32,000 bases of DNA from Marinobacter sp. (GCF_965229515.1 NZ_OZ245884.1), one strand, 5' to 3'; positions 15,740 to 24,285 are shown, counted from the stretch's first letter. Made by a program: numbers and translations. Notes: generated from the sequence alone by a model not told the origin.

Positions 15740-15820
15740 CCCAACAAGTCAAAGCACTCAGACGCAAACGCCGGCGGTGTTTGCGGCCTTTTCGTACCAT
15801 CTGAATGTCCGCTTTGCGAC
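15739..15820 (+). repeat. terminal attC-like element lacking a right GTT core
   Basis: Perfect RYYYAAC (GCCCAAC, 15739-15745) overlaps stop TAG. AAGTCAAAGCACTCAGA pairs with TCTGAaTGtccGCTTTGcGAC (15800-20). Central hairpin CGCAAACGCC-GGC-GGTGTTTGCG (15763-85). The expected GTTGGGC is replaced by CAATCCGG. Confidence 0.4.
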
Positions 15821-15841
15821 CAATCCGGCCACCATCTCCTC

Positions 15842-15862
15842 TTAAACAAGAAGCGAACATTC
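15842..15862 (+). repeat. right copy of imperfect direct repeat bracketing the AT-rich insert
   Basis: TTAAACAAGAAGCGAACATTC; see 9136-9155. Confidence 0.55.
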
Positions 15863-16181
15863 ACGCCCCTTAACCCGAGGGGCGGTTGCTGGTCGCCCAA
15901 GATCGATGAATTTTCCAAAATCCAAGTTTCGCCGTGGTTTCAAAGCAGACCTTTTTCAGTTGCACCGGTGAATCGTGGGGACGCTCATCCAGCCTGTGAA
16001 GGCTTTTAAATCATTGGTTAGAGCCTGCCGATCTCAGGTGCTCAGGGTGAGGAGAGGAACAGATTTATTTCGAGGTAGCACTTTAAGTTAGCTCAATAGC
16101 AGCTAAGCTGAATATTGAGTTGCCGGAAGCTCGGTCAACGTATCCATAATGCAGCAATCAACAACAATAGAGGACAGCATC

Positions 16182-16253
16182 ATGTGGACCAAACCAGCTT
16201 ATGAGGATCTTCGCATTGGCTTCGAAGTCACCATGTATTTTTCCAATCGTTAA
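16182..16253 (+). CDS. pqqA: PQQ precursor peptide PqqA
   Basis: Below the ORF-track size cut-off. ATG 16182: [23 protein letters not shown]. 23 aa with the conserved E-x3-Y (EVTMY) crosslink pair. RBS-like AGAGGA upstream. Confidence 0.9.
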   Translation: MWTKPAYEDLRIGFEVTMYFSNR

Positions 16254-16279
16254 GGCCTGAAACAAAACGGCCAGTTTGA

Positions 16280-16894
16280 ACACGCTGGCCGGCTCGGACC
16301 CTGCGGGATATCGGTATCAGTGCGGTGATGCTGTTTGACAGCCAAGTCGACCACACCACCGGCCTGCTGATGCTTCGCGAAGGCATGCCTCTGGAGGTAT
16401 GGTGTACGACTCAGGTGCACGAAGATCTGACCAGTGGTTTTCCCCTTTTTAGTATGCTGAAACATTGGAACGGTGGTCCACGTTGGCACGAGGTACCGGC
16501 CACAGACGAGACTGCATTTAGTATCCCATGCGCCACCGTACTCTCCCCGACGCAATAAGCCGCATCCTGGCGATAATATCGGCCTTTTCATCGAGGACAC
16601 CCGCAATGGTGCGACGGCACTCTATGCCCCCGGACTCGGCAAACCTGACGCGAACATCCTGGCCTGGATGGCCAGGGCCGATACTCTGCTGGTGGACGGC
16701 ACCGTGTGGCAGGATGACGAGATGCAGCGCTGTGAAGTGGGCACCCGTACCGGGCAGCAAATGGGGCACCTGGCGCAAAGTGGTCCCGGCGGCATGATTG
16801 AGGTGCTTGATGGCCTGACTGCGACGCGGAAAATTTTAATCCACATTAACAACACCAATCCGATCTTGGATGAGTCCTCAGAAGAGCGGGCTAT
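16280..16894 (+). pseudogene. pqqB: pqqB remnant: N-terminal ~60 codons missing, internal ~40-nt deletion, 3' end deleted
   Basis: Frame 1 opens after TGA at 16277: ..[67 protein letters not shown]. It switches frame at about 16529 directly into [23 protein letters not shown]...[60 protein letters not shown]. The start-proximal segment is absent; only about 26 nt separate the pqqA stop from this frame. Confidence 0.8.
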
Positions 16895-17125
16895 TCCTAT
16901 TTCAGAAAGCGGTTGTCCGAGGCCCGTCGAGATGTTGAGCATGGACTTACGATTACGTTGGGCTTCTTTCAGACTGCTGATCAGCAGGATCGGGCGCTGG
17001 AAATACTTCAATTCAAACTGGACATACTCTGGACAATCCTGGACGCACTGACCATGGCCTATCGTCACGGTACTCCGCCCTATCATACGGTCACCGACCA
17101 GCCTGTATGGCACCGAGGTTTGTAA
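16895..17125 (+). pseudogene. pqqC: pqqC remnant: only the C-terminal ~75 codons
   Basis: [67 protein letters not shown].. is a typical PqqC C-terminus. It is fused out of frame to the pqqB remnant at about 16892. The TAATG overlap with pqqD is retained. Confidence 0.8.
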
Positions 17126-17418
17126 TGAGCGACGTGGTCAAACCGCATCTTGTCCCCAAGTTCAGAGTTGGTTTCCGTTTTCAGTGGGAGCCGGCCCAAA
17201 ATGCATACGTGCTGCTTTATCCGGAGGGGATGGTCCGGCTGAATGGCAGTGCGGGAGCCATCTTGAGCGAGGTGGATGCTAAAAGGCCCGTCGCTGAGAT
17301 GATCGAACGCCTGGAAGAAAACTTCCCGGATGCCGGGTCGCTGTCCGATGACGTGATGGCCTTTCTTATGGAAGCCCGGGACAACGGCTGGATTTTGCCA
17401 ACACCCAAAAAGAGCTGA
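17125..17418 (+). CDS. pqqD: PQQ biosynthesis peptide chaperone PqqD (apparently intact)
   Basis: Within ORF 17107..17418; ATG 17125 overlaps the pqqC stop. [88 protein letters not shown] matches PqqD over full length. Confidence 0.85.
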   Translation: MSDVVKPHLVPKFRVGFRFQWEPAQNAYVLLYPEGMVRLNGSAGAILSEVDAKRPVAEMIERLEENFPDAGSLSDDVMAFLMEARDNGWILPTPKKS

Positions 17419-17423
17419 GCACT

Positions 17424-17969
17424 CAGGAGTGGGTAAGGGTGCTGCATCTGGCCTCTGTCTGACCAAAGCTAAAGTAGATGGCTTTTTGAAAGCAGGATTG
17501 GATCATATCCAAGTCAGCTTTCAGGCGTCCGATCCCGAGCTGAATAACGCCGTGGCCGGTTCCCGCAAGGCGTTCGAGCAAAAGTTGGCTATGGCGCGGG
17601 CGGTGAAGGAAGCGGGTTACCCCATGGTGCTGAACTTCGTCATCCATCGCCATAATATTCATCAGATGAATGACATCATTGACCTCTGCTACCGCTTGGA
17701 TGCTGACTACGTCGAGTTGGCCACCTGTCAGTATTATGGCTCGGGTGGTCTGTTTCTGACGGTTGCTCCAGATGGCACGGCACTGCCGTGCCACAGCGCG
17801 CGGCTACTGCCGATTGATTTTCCCAATGTGCGTGAGTCCGGCCTGCAGTAAATCGTCGCACCACGATCGTATTCCGGCAGCCCGGCGTGCTGCAGATCAT
17901 GCAACGACACGGCTGGAGGAATTGACCTATCGCAACACGGAGAACTCACGGCTCTTCTTCCGCGGCTGA
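17424..17969 (+). pseudogene. pqqE: pqqE (radical SAM) remnant with at least four internal deletions; CX3CX2C region lost
   Basis: Fragments in three frames: [11 protein letters not shown] / [97 protein letters not shown]-[gap][29 protein letters not shown] / ..[10 protein letters not shown]...LTYRNTENSR. About 550 nt remain where PqqE normally needs about 1.1 kb. Confidence 0.8.
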
Positions 17970-18032
17970 TTTTCCGCATCTGACCGCCAAACAGGCCACT
18001 GCAGGGTTAGGCCAGCGCAGTAAACTCGCCGG

Positions 18033-18170
18033 ATGGCAGAGGCAATCGAAGCGAAAGGTCGTAAGCCCCTGGTAACAGGGTATCCAGAGTCGGGACATGG
18101 TTTCAGAGAGGCATCAAATCAGTCGGACATGTTAAATCAAATTGCCGTGTTTTACCGGCAATTTGTCTAA
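18033..18170 (+). pseudogene. possible C-terminal stub of an alpha/beta-hydrolase (S9 peptidase-like) gene
   Basis: A 45-codon frame, MAEAIEAKGRKPLVTGYPESGHGFREASNQSDMLNQIAVFYRQFV*, resembles the catalytic-His end (..Y.g.gHgf......d....i..F....) of prolyl-oligopeptidase/dienelactone-hydrolase folds. Some pqq clusters carry such a peptidase after pqqE. Confidence 0.35.
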
Positions 18171-18197
18171 TCTTGATCGCGTTTCTGCTGGACTATC

Positions 18198-18509
18198 TTA
18201 TTTAAAGTTCTCGGAAATATAGGCTGAGAGGTTTGCTATATCTTCATCGCTCAAATCTCGCGCATTCGGAATCATCAGGCCGGAGTTTGCTCCCACTCTT
18301 TCACCGGCGCGATAGGTTTCGAGACGTGATTGAATATAACTTGCTTCACGACCTGCAAGGGATGGAAAGCTGGCCATACCTTTGGCAGTCGGCCCGTGAC
18401 ATTGTGCACAGTTGCTCGAATATAGACTTTTACCGGCCTCCTGATCCGCCGCCTGTAGCTGAGTGGAAATCAGAGCGACGGTCATCGCACACGCCAAAAT
18501 ACGCACCAT
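18198..18509 (-). CDS. monohaem class I cytochrome c
   Basis: 103 aa with signal peptide, CAQCHG haem site and a distal Met region. Downstream of the sugar dehydrogenase on the same strand. Confidence 0.8.
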   Translation of the reverse strand: MVRILACAMTVALISTQLQAADQEAGKSLYSSNCAQCHGPTAKGMASFPSLAGREASYIQSRLETYRAGERVGANSGLMIPNARDLSDEDIANLSAYISENFK

Positions 18510-18532
18510 AGTTTGTCCTCAAATATCTGATA

Positions 18533-18564
18533 GCAACCGCACTGCCCTGCGGCAGTGCGGTTGC
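18533..18564 (-). promoter_or_regulatory. perfect 14-bp stem / 4-nt loop hairpin between dehydrogenase and cytochrome c genes
   Basis: GCAACCGCACTGCC-CTGC-GGCAGTGCGGTTGC. No clear U-tract on the minus strand, so this is an intercistronic stabiliser/attenuator or weak terminator rather than a classic terminator. Confidence 0.4.
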
Positions 18565-18568
18565 CTGT

Positions 18569-19858
18569 TTACTCTGCGGTAAATCGGTGAATCTGACCCT
18601 CATCAACAGCGGCATAGAGAGAACCGTCTGGTCCCATCACCAGGCCTCGGAAACGGGCGGGGCCAGCAGATAGCGGCATTTCGATATTATCCATGATGGT
18701 CGGGCCCCATGGATGCAAGTCAATGACATTAATGCGCTGACCCACCGGCGTATCCCCAAAGCCAATACCGAGGAAGCTGACAACCAGGCGGCCGTGCCAG
18801 TCACCCCACTGTTCACCCTCCAGAAAAGCCGCGCTGCTGATGCCCTGCGAATAATTGTTATTGGTCCACAGTGGCCTCATCGCGTCCGGATAGGTTTCAT
18901 AATCGGTCATAGGCATATATTTCCGTCTTTCATCAGGGTCCATGCCTTCGTTCTGGTTTGGCTCATAGCCGCAGTAATCGTCAGGGCAGTCGCCCCGTCC
19001 CGCCATATTGGGCCGAGGATCCCAGCCACTGTTTCCACCGGGCACAAGGGCATTGAGTTCATCGGTATGCCATGGGCCATGCTCGGTAATGATTGGTTGG
19101 TGCGTTTGTGGGTGAAATGCGACGCCCTGAACATTGCGGTGGCCGTAAGTGAAAATTCGAGCATCGAATCCATCCGGTGTCGCATCGGCGTTCACCGGAG
19201 CTGCGTTGCCGTCGCGGTCGATACGTAGAACCTTGGAGCCAAGGTTGTCTCCAAATTGCGGCAGACTACTGTTGTGGTTGTCGCCCGTGGGGACATAGAG
19301 GAAACCATCACCCGGATTGAAGCGAATTCGTCCACCATTATGAGCCCCGGCATCACCAAATGGGTGATCCGTAGGAGCCTGTTTATAGGGAATTTTCTCT
19401 ACAATGTCGTTTCGGTTCGACACGCTGGAGAGGTCGCCGCTGACCTTCAATCGAATCACCCGGTTTGTGGCTGGGCTGTCACCCATACGGGAGGCGGAAT
19501 AAACAAAAATTGTATTGTTAGTGTCGAAGTCCGGATCAAGAACAACACCATTCATGCCCGCTTGTCCATTACAGAACAAATCGGCGGCGGTCATCGAGTA
19601 GCCATCGGTACCGCTCATGCCGAGCAGGCTATTGACTGTTCCATCTGGAAGCCTGACAGAAAGGCCTTTGCATTTTTCCGTGAAGAACATAGTCCCATTA
19701 GGCAGGAATGCCATGTCCCAGGGACTTTCGAGTCCGTCCATAAACACGGCTTGGCTGACCTGAGGCGTTTGTGCCTGAAGGCTGAGCGGCAAACTTAGCA
19801 AAACGGCTGAGGCTGTCGCGACACTGAAAGAGCGAAGGTATGACGTCTTATTCATCAT
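18569..19858 (-). CDS. soluble PQQ-dependent sugar (aldose/sorbosone) dehydrogenase, GSDH/YliI family
   Basis: 429 aa with signal peptide. GHRNVQGVAFHP...ITEHGP..DELN....GGNSGWP-type blocks are characteristic of the beta-propeller glucose/sorbosone dehydrogenase family. Confidence 0.85.
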   Translation of the reverse strand: MMNKTSYLRSFSVATASAVLLSLPLSLQAQTPQVSQAVFMDGLESPWDMAFLPNGTMFFTEKCKGLSVRLPDGTVNSLLGMSGTDGYSMTAADLFCNGQAGMNGVVLDPDFDTNNTIFVYSASRMGDSPATNRVIRLKVSGDLSSVSNRNDIVEKIPYKQAPTDHPFGDAGAHNGGRIRFNPGDGFLYVPTGDNHNSSLPQFGDNLGSKVLRIDRDGNAAPVNADATPDGFDARIFTYGHRNVQGVAFHPQTHQPIITEHGPWHTDELNALVPGGNSGWDPRPNMAGRGDCPDDYCGYEPNQNEGMDPDERRKYMPMTDYETYPDAMRPLWTNNNYSQGISSAAFLEGEQWGDWHGRLVVSFLGIGFGDTPVGQRINVIDLHPWGPTIMDNIEMPLSAGPARFRGLVMGPDGSLYAAVDEGQIHRFTAE

Positions 19859-20176
19859 TGTTGACCCATCCGTATTTTTGTTGCGCTTATTGATAACTCC
19901 TCTTAAAGAGCGTAGGTCGACCTAAGAATTCGTCAAGTCTACAGGCAATCGAAAGAATGATGAGATGCGCACTTTTCAAACGCAATTACCACTCAATCTC
20001 ATCTTCAGAAAAAGGACGGTTGGATTCCTCCCAAGGAGCCATCAGCTGACAGGCTTCATGGGCTATTTAATGGCTCAGTTTGCTGGCATTTTTTGACCCC
20101 GACCCGGGTCGATAGCGGTTAAGCCTGAAGGGAGCAGGTCACTATCAGCTTTGGCAAACAACGCTGACTCCCGATC

Positions 20177-22342
20177 TCAGCAGGCCTCCAACGGCGCGTA
20201 GGCCAACACCAGCCACTTAGCCCCCTCATCAAAGTTCACCTGTACGCGGGTATGATGACCAGAACCCTCGGAGTTCATCACGATACCTTCACCAAACTTG
20301 GGATGGCGTACCCGCTGGCCCAGGCTGAAACCCGTGCCAACGTCCGGCTCCTGGCTGAACAGGCCCTCATTGGGCCGGGCCATCATGGCTGGCCGGCTGA
20401 CCGTGTTGCGCAGCCGCACTTCCTGGATGCAGTCACCGGGAATCTCGCGAACAAAGCGCGACAGCGCGTGGAATTTCTCCTGACCATACAAACGGCGGGA
20501 TTCGGCGTAAGTAAGCACCAGCTTTTGCATGGCCCGGGTGATGCCCACGTAAGCCAGGCGCCGCTCTTCTTCCATCCGCCCCGGCTCTTCCAGAGACATA
20601 CTGTGAGGGAACAGGCCTTCCTCCACGCCCGCCAGGAACACCAGCGGAAATTCCAGGCCCTTGGCAGAGTGCAGGGTCATCAGTTGGACGCAGTCTTCGT
20701 TGACCTCGGCCTGGGCCTCGCCGGCATCCAGAGCCGCTTGGGCGATAAATTCGGATAACGGATCAACGCCCTCCTCCGCTTCGAAGTCCGACAGCGCGTT
20801 CACCAGTTCGTCCAGGTTCTCTGCCCGCGCCTGACCTTTCTCACCCTTCTCGTTGGCGTGATAATCCCTGAGGCCGCTCAGCTCCAGGGTGCTCTTCATC
20901 AGCCCATGCAGGGACGCGTCGTCCACCATTTCCGTCAGGCGTTCGATGATGCCCATGAAGGATTGCAGACCGGTTTTGGCACGGCCCTTTACCTGCCCAG
21001 CCTCCAGCAAACGCTCGGCAGACTCCCACAATGAGATGCTGCGCTCAGTGGCGAACGCCCGCATGTCCGCCAGGCTCTTGGCACCAATTCCGCGGGCGGG
21101 AATGTTCACCACGCGCTCGAACGCTGCATCGTCCCGGCGATAGTGCACCAGACGCAGATAGGCGATGGCGTTGCGGATTTCCTGACGGTCATAGAATCGC
21201 AGGCCGCCATAAACCCGGTAAGGAATGCCCTGTCGGATCAGGGATTCTTCCAGCACCCTGGACTGGGCATTGGAACGATAGAGAATCGCCGACTCGCTGC
21301 GCAGGTTGCCCTCACTGACCCAACTGCTGATAGTGTCAGCGATGTAGTTGGCTTCATCCTGCTCGTTGAAAGCCGCATACAGGCTGATGGGCTCACCATC
21401 TTTTCCATCAGTCCACAGCTCCTTGCCCAAGCGCCCCTGATTGTTGGCGATGACCGCGTTGGCAGCTTTCAGAATCATCTGGGTAGAGCGGTAGTTCTGC
21501 TCCAGTCTCACCATACGGGCGTTGGGAAAGTCCCGCTGGTACTGCTGGATGTTCTCAATCTTTGCGCCCCGCCAGCCGTAGATGGACTGGTCGTCGTCCC
21601 CCACCACCGTCAGCGGCACCCGGTTTCCGGCCAGAATCTGAAGCCAGGCGTATTGAATGGTGTTGGTGTCCTGGAACTCGTCCACCAGGATCTGCTGGAA
21701 ACGGCTCTGATAATGGCTCAGCAGTTCCGGACGATACAGCCACAGCTCGTGGGAGCGCAGCAACAGCTCGCCAAAATCCACCAGTCCGCTCAGGTTGCAG
21801 AGCTTTTCGTACTGGCGGTAGACCGTCAGCATGGTGCTGGTGAAATGGTCGCCGGGGTTTTCCTGGATATGTTCCGCTCGCAGCCCCTCATCTTTCTGGC
21901 CGTTGATAAACCACTGGGCCTGCTTCGGCGGCCAGCGGCTTTCATCAATCTCAAGTTCACGCATCACGCGCTTGATCAGGCGCAACTGGTCATCGCTGTC
22001 CAACACCTGAAAGTTCTCTGGCAGTCCGGCGTCCTGGTAGTGGGCCCTGAGCAACCGGTGGGCAATGCCGTGAAAGGTGCCAAACCAGAGGCCTCGGGCC
22101 GGAATGTGCATCATCTGCTCGATGCGATAACGCATCTCCTTCGCCGCTTTGTTGGTGAAGGTCACCGCGAGGATTCCCGTTGGCGGCACCTTGTCCACCT
22201 GCATCAGCCAGGCGATCCGGTGTACCAGTACCCGGGTCTTGCCACTGCCAGCACCGGCCAGCACCAGCAAATGATCATTCTGGGCCGTCACCGCCTCACG
22301 TTGGGCGTCGTTCAGGGCGTCGATAATGTGGGAGACATCCAT
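20177..22342 (-). CDS. uvrD: DNA helicase II UvrD
   Basis: ORF 20177..22441. I prefer ATG 22342 (MDVSHIIDALNDAQREAVTA..LLVLAGAGSGKTRVLVHRIAWL). Helicase motifs I-VI are present, including ILVDEFQDTN and MTLHSAKGLEFP. Confidence 0.9.
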   Translation of the reverse strand: MDVSHIIDALNDAQREAVTAQNDHLLVLAGAGSGKTRVLVHRIAWLMQVDKVPPTGILAVTFTNKAAKEMRYRIEQMMHIPARGLWFGTFHGIAHRLLRAHYQDAGLPENFQVLDSDDQLRLIKRVMRELEIDESRWPPKQAQWFINGQKDEGLRAEHIQENPGDHFTSTMLTVYRQYEKLCNLSGLVDFGELLLRSHELWLYRPELLSHYQSRFQQILVDEFQDTNTIQYAWLQILAGNRVPLTVVGDDDQSIYGWRGAKIENIQQYQRDFPNARMVRLEQNYRSTQMILKAANAVIANNQGRLGKELWTDGKDGEPISLYAAFNEQDEANYIADTISSWVSEGNLRSESAILYRSNAQSRVLEESLIRQGIPYRVYGGLRFYDRQEIRNAIAYLRLVHYRRDDAAFERVVNIPARGIGAKSLADMRAFATERSISLWESAERLLEAGQVKGRAKTGLQSFMGIIERLTEMVDDASLHGLMKSTLELSGLRDYHANEKGEKGQARAENLDELVNALSDFEAEEGVDPLSEFIAQAALDAGEAQAEVNEDCVQLMTLHSAKGLEFPLVFLAGVEEGLFPHSMSLEEPGRMEEERRLAYVGITRAMQKLVLTYAESRRLYGQEKFHALSRFVREIPGDCIQEVRLRNTVSRPAMMARPNEGLFSQEPDVGTGFSLGQRVRHPKFGEGIVMNSEGSGHHTRVQVNFDEGAKWLVLAYAPLEAC

Positions 22343-22654
22343 AGAGATCCGGTCGCTACTGGTTAAATGAACAGGTGCGGAATTATAACAGGAGAAAGGA
22401 GGGTTTGCCGGGTGGGGGTGTATTGGGATTACCGCACACATGTAGGGTGCCGATACAGAAAATGTGAACGCTTTTTATGAAACTGTCGTCAACTTGGGTA
22501 TACTCGCCGCCGCGGGTTGCCCGGAAGAACCTTCAGTTCCTCCGCTGGCCACCGTTTTCCCGCACCAGACAATTTGCAGGGGCAAGACATAAGTCCCCTG
22601 AAGCCAGGAAGGCGCCCGCATCTTGCGACCAGACATCAAAGGAGATGATGTACG

Positions 22655-23839
22655 ATGTACTCCGTATACCGAAGCACTGCCCGCGTTACCTTTACGTCCC
22701 TTGCACTGACTGCCACCCTGTCGTTTCCCACCATGGCCGATGACAGCCAGCGAATTGACCAGTTGGAACAACGGCTGGATTCCATGCAGAAGCAGATGAC
22801 CGAATCGAGCCTGGAAAAGGTTCGCCTTAACGGTTTTTTCAGCACCGGCTATACCCGTTCCAATAATGACGCCGGCTACGACGAGGCAACGGAACAATCC
22901 GACCTTGAAACACTCAGCCTGTTTGGCCTGCAGACCACCTTTGCCCTGGGCCGCAACACCGACGCGGTCATGCAGCTGGTGTCCCGTGGCAACGAGGATT
23001 GGGACACCGAACTGGAATGGGGCTACCTGCGACACCAATTCGCCAATGGCTCCGAACTGAGAGCCGGTAAAATGCGCCTGCCGCTGTTTATGGAGTCCGA
23101 GACTCTGGAAATCGGCTATGGCCAGCCTTGGGCACGTCCACCGGAGGCGGTCTACGATCCGGTGCCGGTCCGCAGCTACCTGGGTGCCGATGCGGCCTAC
23201 ACGCTGAACCTTTCCAGTTCCTCTATCCAGGCCCGCGCTTTTGCCGGCCACCTGGACGACGATGCCGATTCCCTCGGCCGGAGCGTGAGCGTGGAACTGC
23301 GCAACATAACCGGCCTGACCGCCAACTGGACCAATTACCTGTGGACCTTCCGTGGCGTGTACGCCCATGCAGAAGCCACCATCGGCGGAACACCACCGTT
23401 GGGCGACGAAGAGAAAACCGAATTCATGGGAGTGGGCCTGTCCTATGACGATGGCAGCTGGCTGTTGATGTCGGAACTGACACGGGTTGAGGTGGACGGC
23501 TTTTACCAGGACACCGACTCCGCCTACATCACTCTCGGCTACCGGGTAAAGGAAGTCACGCCCTATATCACGGCCTCCTGGGTCGAAAGCCAGGACAACT
23601 ACGAGCGCGACGGCACACCGCTTGAGGTGCTGGACGTACGCCGCCAGGCCTACAGCCTGGGCTTCCGCTGGGACATGACCACTTCGGTTGCCATGAAGGT
23701 GGACTGGACCCACGCAAGGGGCTTTGGCAAAACCACCGGGGGCCTGATTGGCAACCAGCTGGATGCCCTGGCCGGCAATCCCGGTGGCCGATTCGACAGC
23801 ACCGACGTATACACCGTCCGGCTTGATGCCGCGTTTTGA
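22655..23839 (+). CDS. outer-membrane beta-barrel porin-like protein
   Basis: 394 aa. Signal peptide ending FPTMA-DD, N-terminal coiled segment IDQLEQRLDSMQKQM, alternating beta-strand pattern, C-terminal ..VYTVRLDAAF with terminal Phe. Confidence 0.7.
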   Translation: MYSVYRSTARVTFTSLALTATLSFPTMADDSQRIDQLEQRLDSMQKQMTESSLEKVRLNGFFSTGYTRSNNDAGYDEATEQSDLETLSLFGLQTTFALGRNTDAVMQLVSRGNEDWDTELEWGYLRHQFANGSELRAGKMRLPLFMESETLEIGYGQPWARPPEAVYDPVPVRSYLGADAAYTLNLSSSSIQARAFAGHLDDDADSLGRSVSVELRNITGLTANWTNYLWTFRGVYAHAEATIGGTPPLGDEEKTEFMGVGLSYDDGSWLLMSELTRVEVDGFYQDTDSAYITLGYRVKEVTPYITASWVESQDNYERDGTPLEVLDVRRQAYSLGFRWDMTTSVAMKVDWTHARGFGKTTGGLIGNQLDALAGNPGGRFDSTDVYTVRLDAAF

Positions 23840-23853
23840 TCAGGAGGGACACC

Positions 23854-24285
23854 ATGGCGATTCGACGCGTATCCATGCCCGCATTGCTCATCGCGTTATG
23901 CCTGTTGAGCAGCGTCTCCTGGGCGGAATTGGTGATCATCGGCCACCACGGTGGCCCGGATTCCATCACCGTGCAGCAGGTGAAGGACATTTACCTGAAC
24001 CGCAGCTCACGAATGCCTGACGGCCAGCGCGTGGTCGCGTTCCAGCTTCCAGCGGGCAACAGCATGCGGGATGAGTTCAATGACCTGATCACCGAGCGCA
24101 ACGATGCCTGGCTGAAGTCGTTCTGGTCGCGGCAGGTTCTGACCGGCAAGGGCCATCCGCCGAGGGAGGTATCCTCGGCGAACAGCATGAAGAGCGTGGT
24201 GTCATCCACCCTGGGCAGTATCGGTTACCTCGATTCCACCCTGGTGGATGACTCCGTTAAGGTCCTGTTGACGCCGGAACCCTAG
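23854..24285 (+). CDS. small periplasmic PBP-like (PstS-like type 2 fold) protein
   Basis: ATG 23854 preceded by AGGAGGG. Signal peptide, then ELVIIGHHGGPDSITVQQVKDIYLNR...WSRQVLTGKGHPPREVSSANSMKSVVSSTLGSIGYLD, the short PBP_like_2 pattern. Confidence 0.6.
   Translation: MAIRRVSMPALLIALCLLSSVSWAELVIIGHHGGPDSITVQQVKDIYLNRSSRMPDGQRVVAFQLPAGNSMRDEFNDLITERNDAWLKSFWSRQVLTGKGHPPREVSSANSMKSVVSSTLGSIGYLDSTLVDDSVKVLLTPEP

Larger units (their letters stand above)
9136..15862 (+). mobile_element. decayed chromosomal integron / AT-rich cassette island (intI relic plus about 6-7 cassettes)
   Basis: Abrupt drop in GC. An integron-integrase relic on the minus strand lies at the left end. All ORFs are on the plus strand and each is followed by an attC-like element. 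The segment is bracketed by the 9136/15842 direct repeat and inserted between acr3 and pqqA. Confidence 0.6.

Noticed and set aside
15682-15918. 78-aa minus-strand ORF at the right island border
   Set aside because: It spans the terminal attC-like element and flank repeat, runs antisense to the end of the HNH gene, and its product is implausible.
16473-17051. 192-aa ORF as an intact gene
   Set aside because: Chimeric read-through. Residues ~20-140 are PqqB-like, and the remainder is out-of-frame translation of the pqqC remnant.
20100-20111. Perfect 12-bp palindrome CGACCCGGGTCG downstream of uvrD as terminator
   Set aside because: It has no loop, and the T-run lies on the wrong side for a minus-strand terminator. 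It contains a SmaI/XmaI-type site and is probably incidental.
21143-22366. 407-aa plus-strand ORF
   Set aside because: Antisense to uvrD, whose helicase motifs are unambiguous. The shadow ORF has no recognisable features.
22475-23713. 412-aa ORF on the minus strand
   Set aside because: Fully antisense to the porin gene (22655-23839). The product is G/A/V/H-rich low-complexity with no motifs, the typical shadow ORF of GC-rich DNA. The plus-strand product has a signal peptide, beta-barrel pattern and C-terminal Phe.
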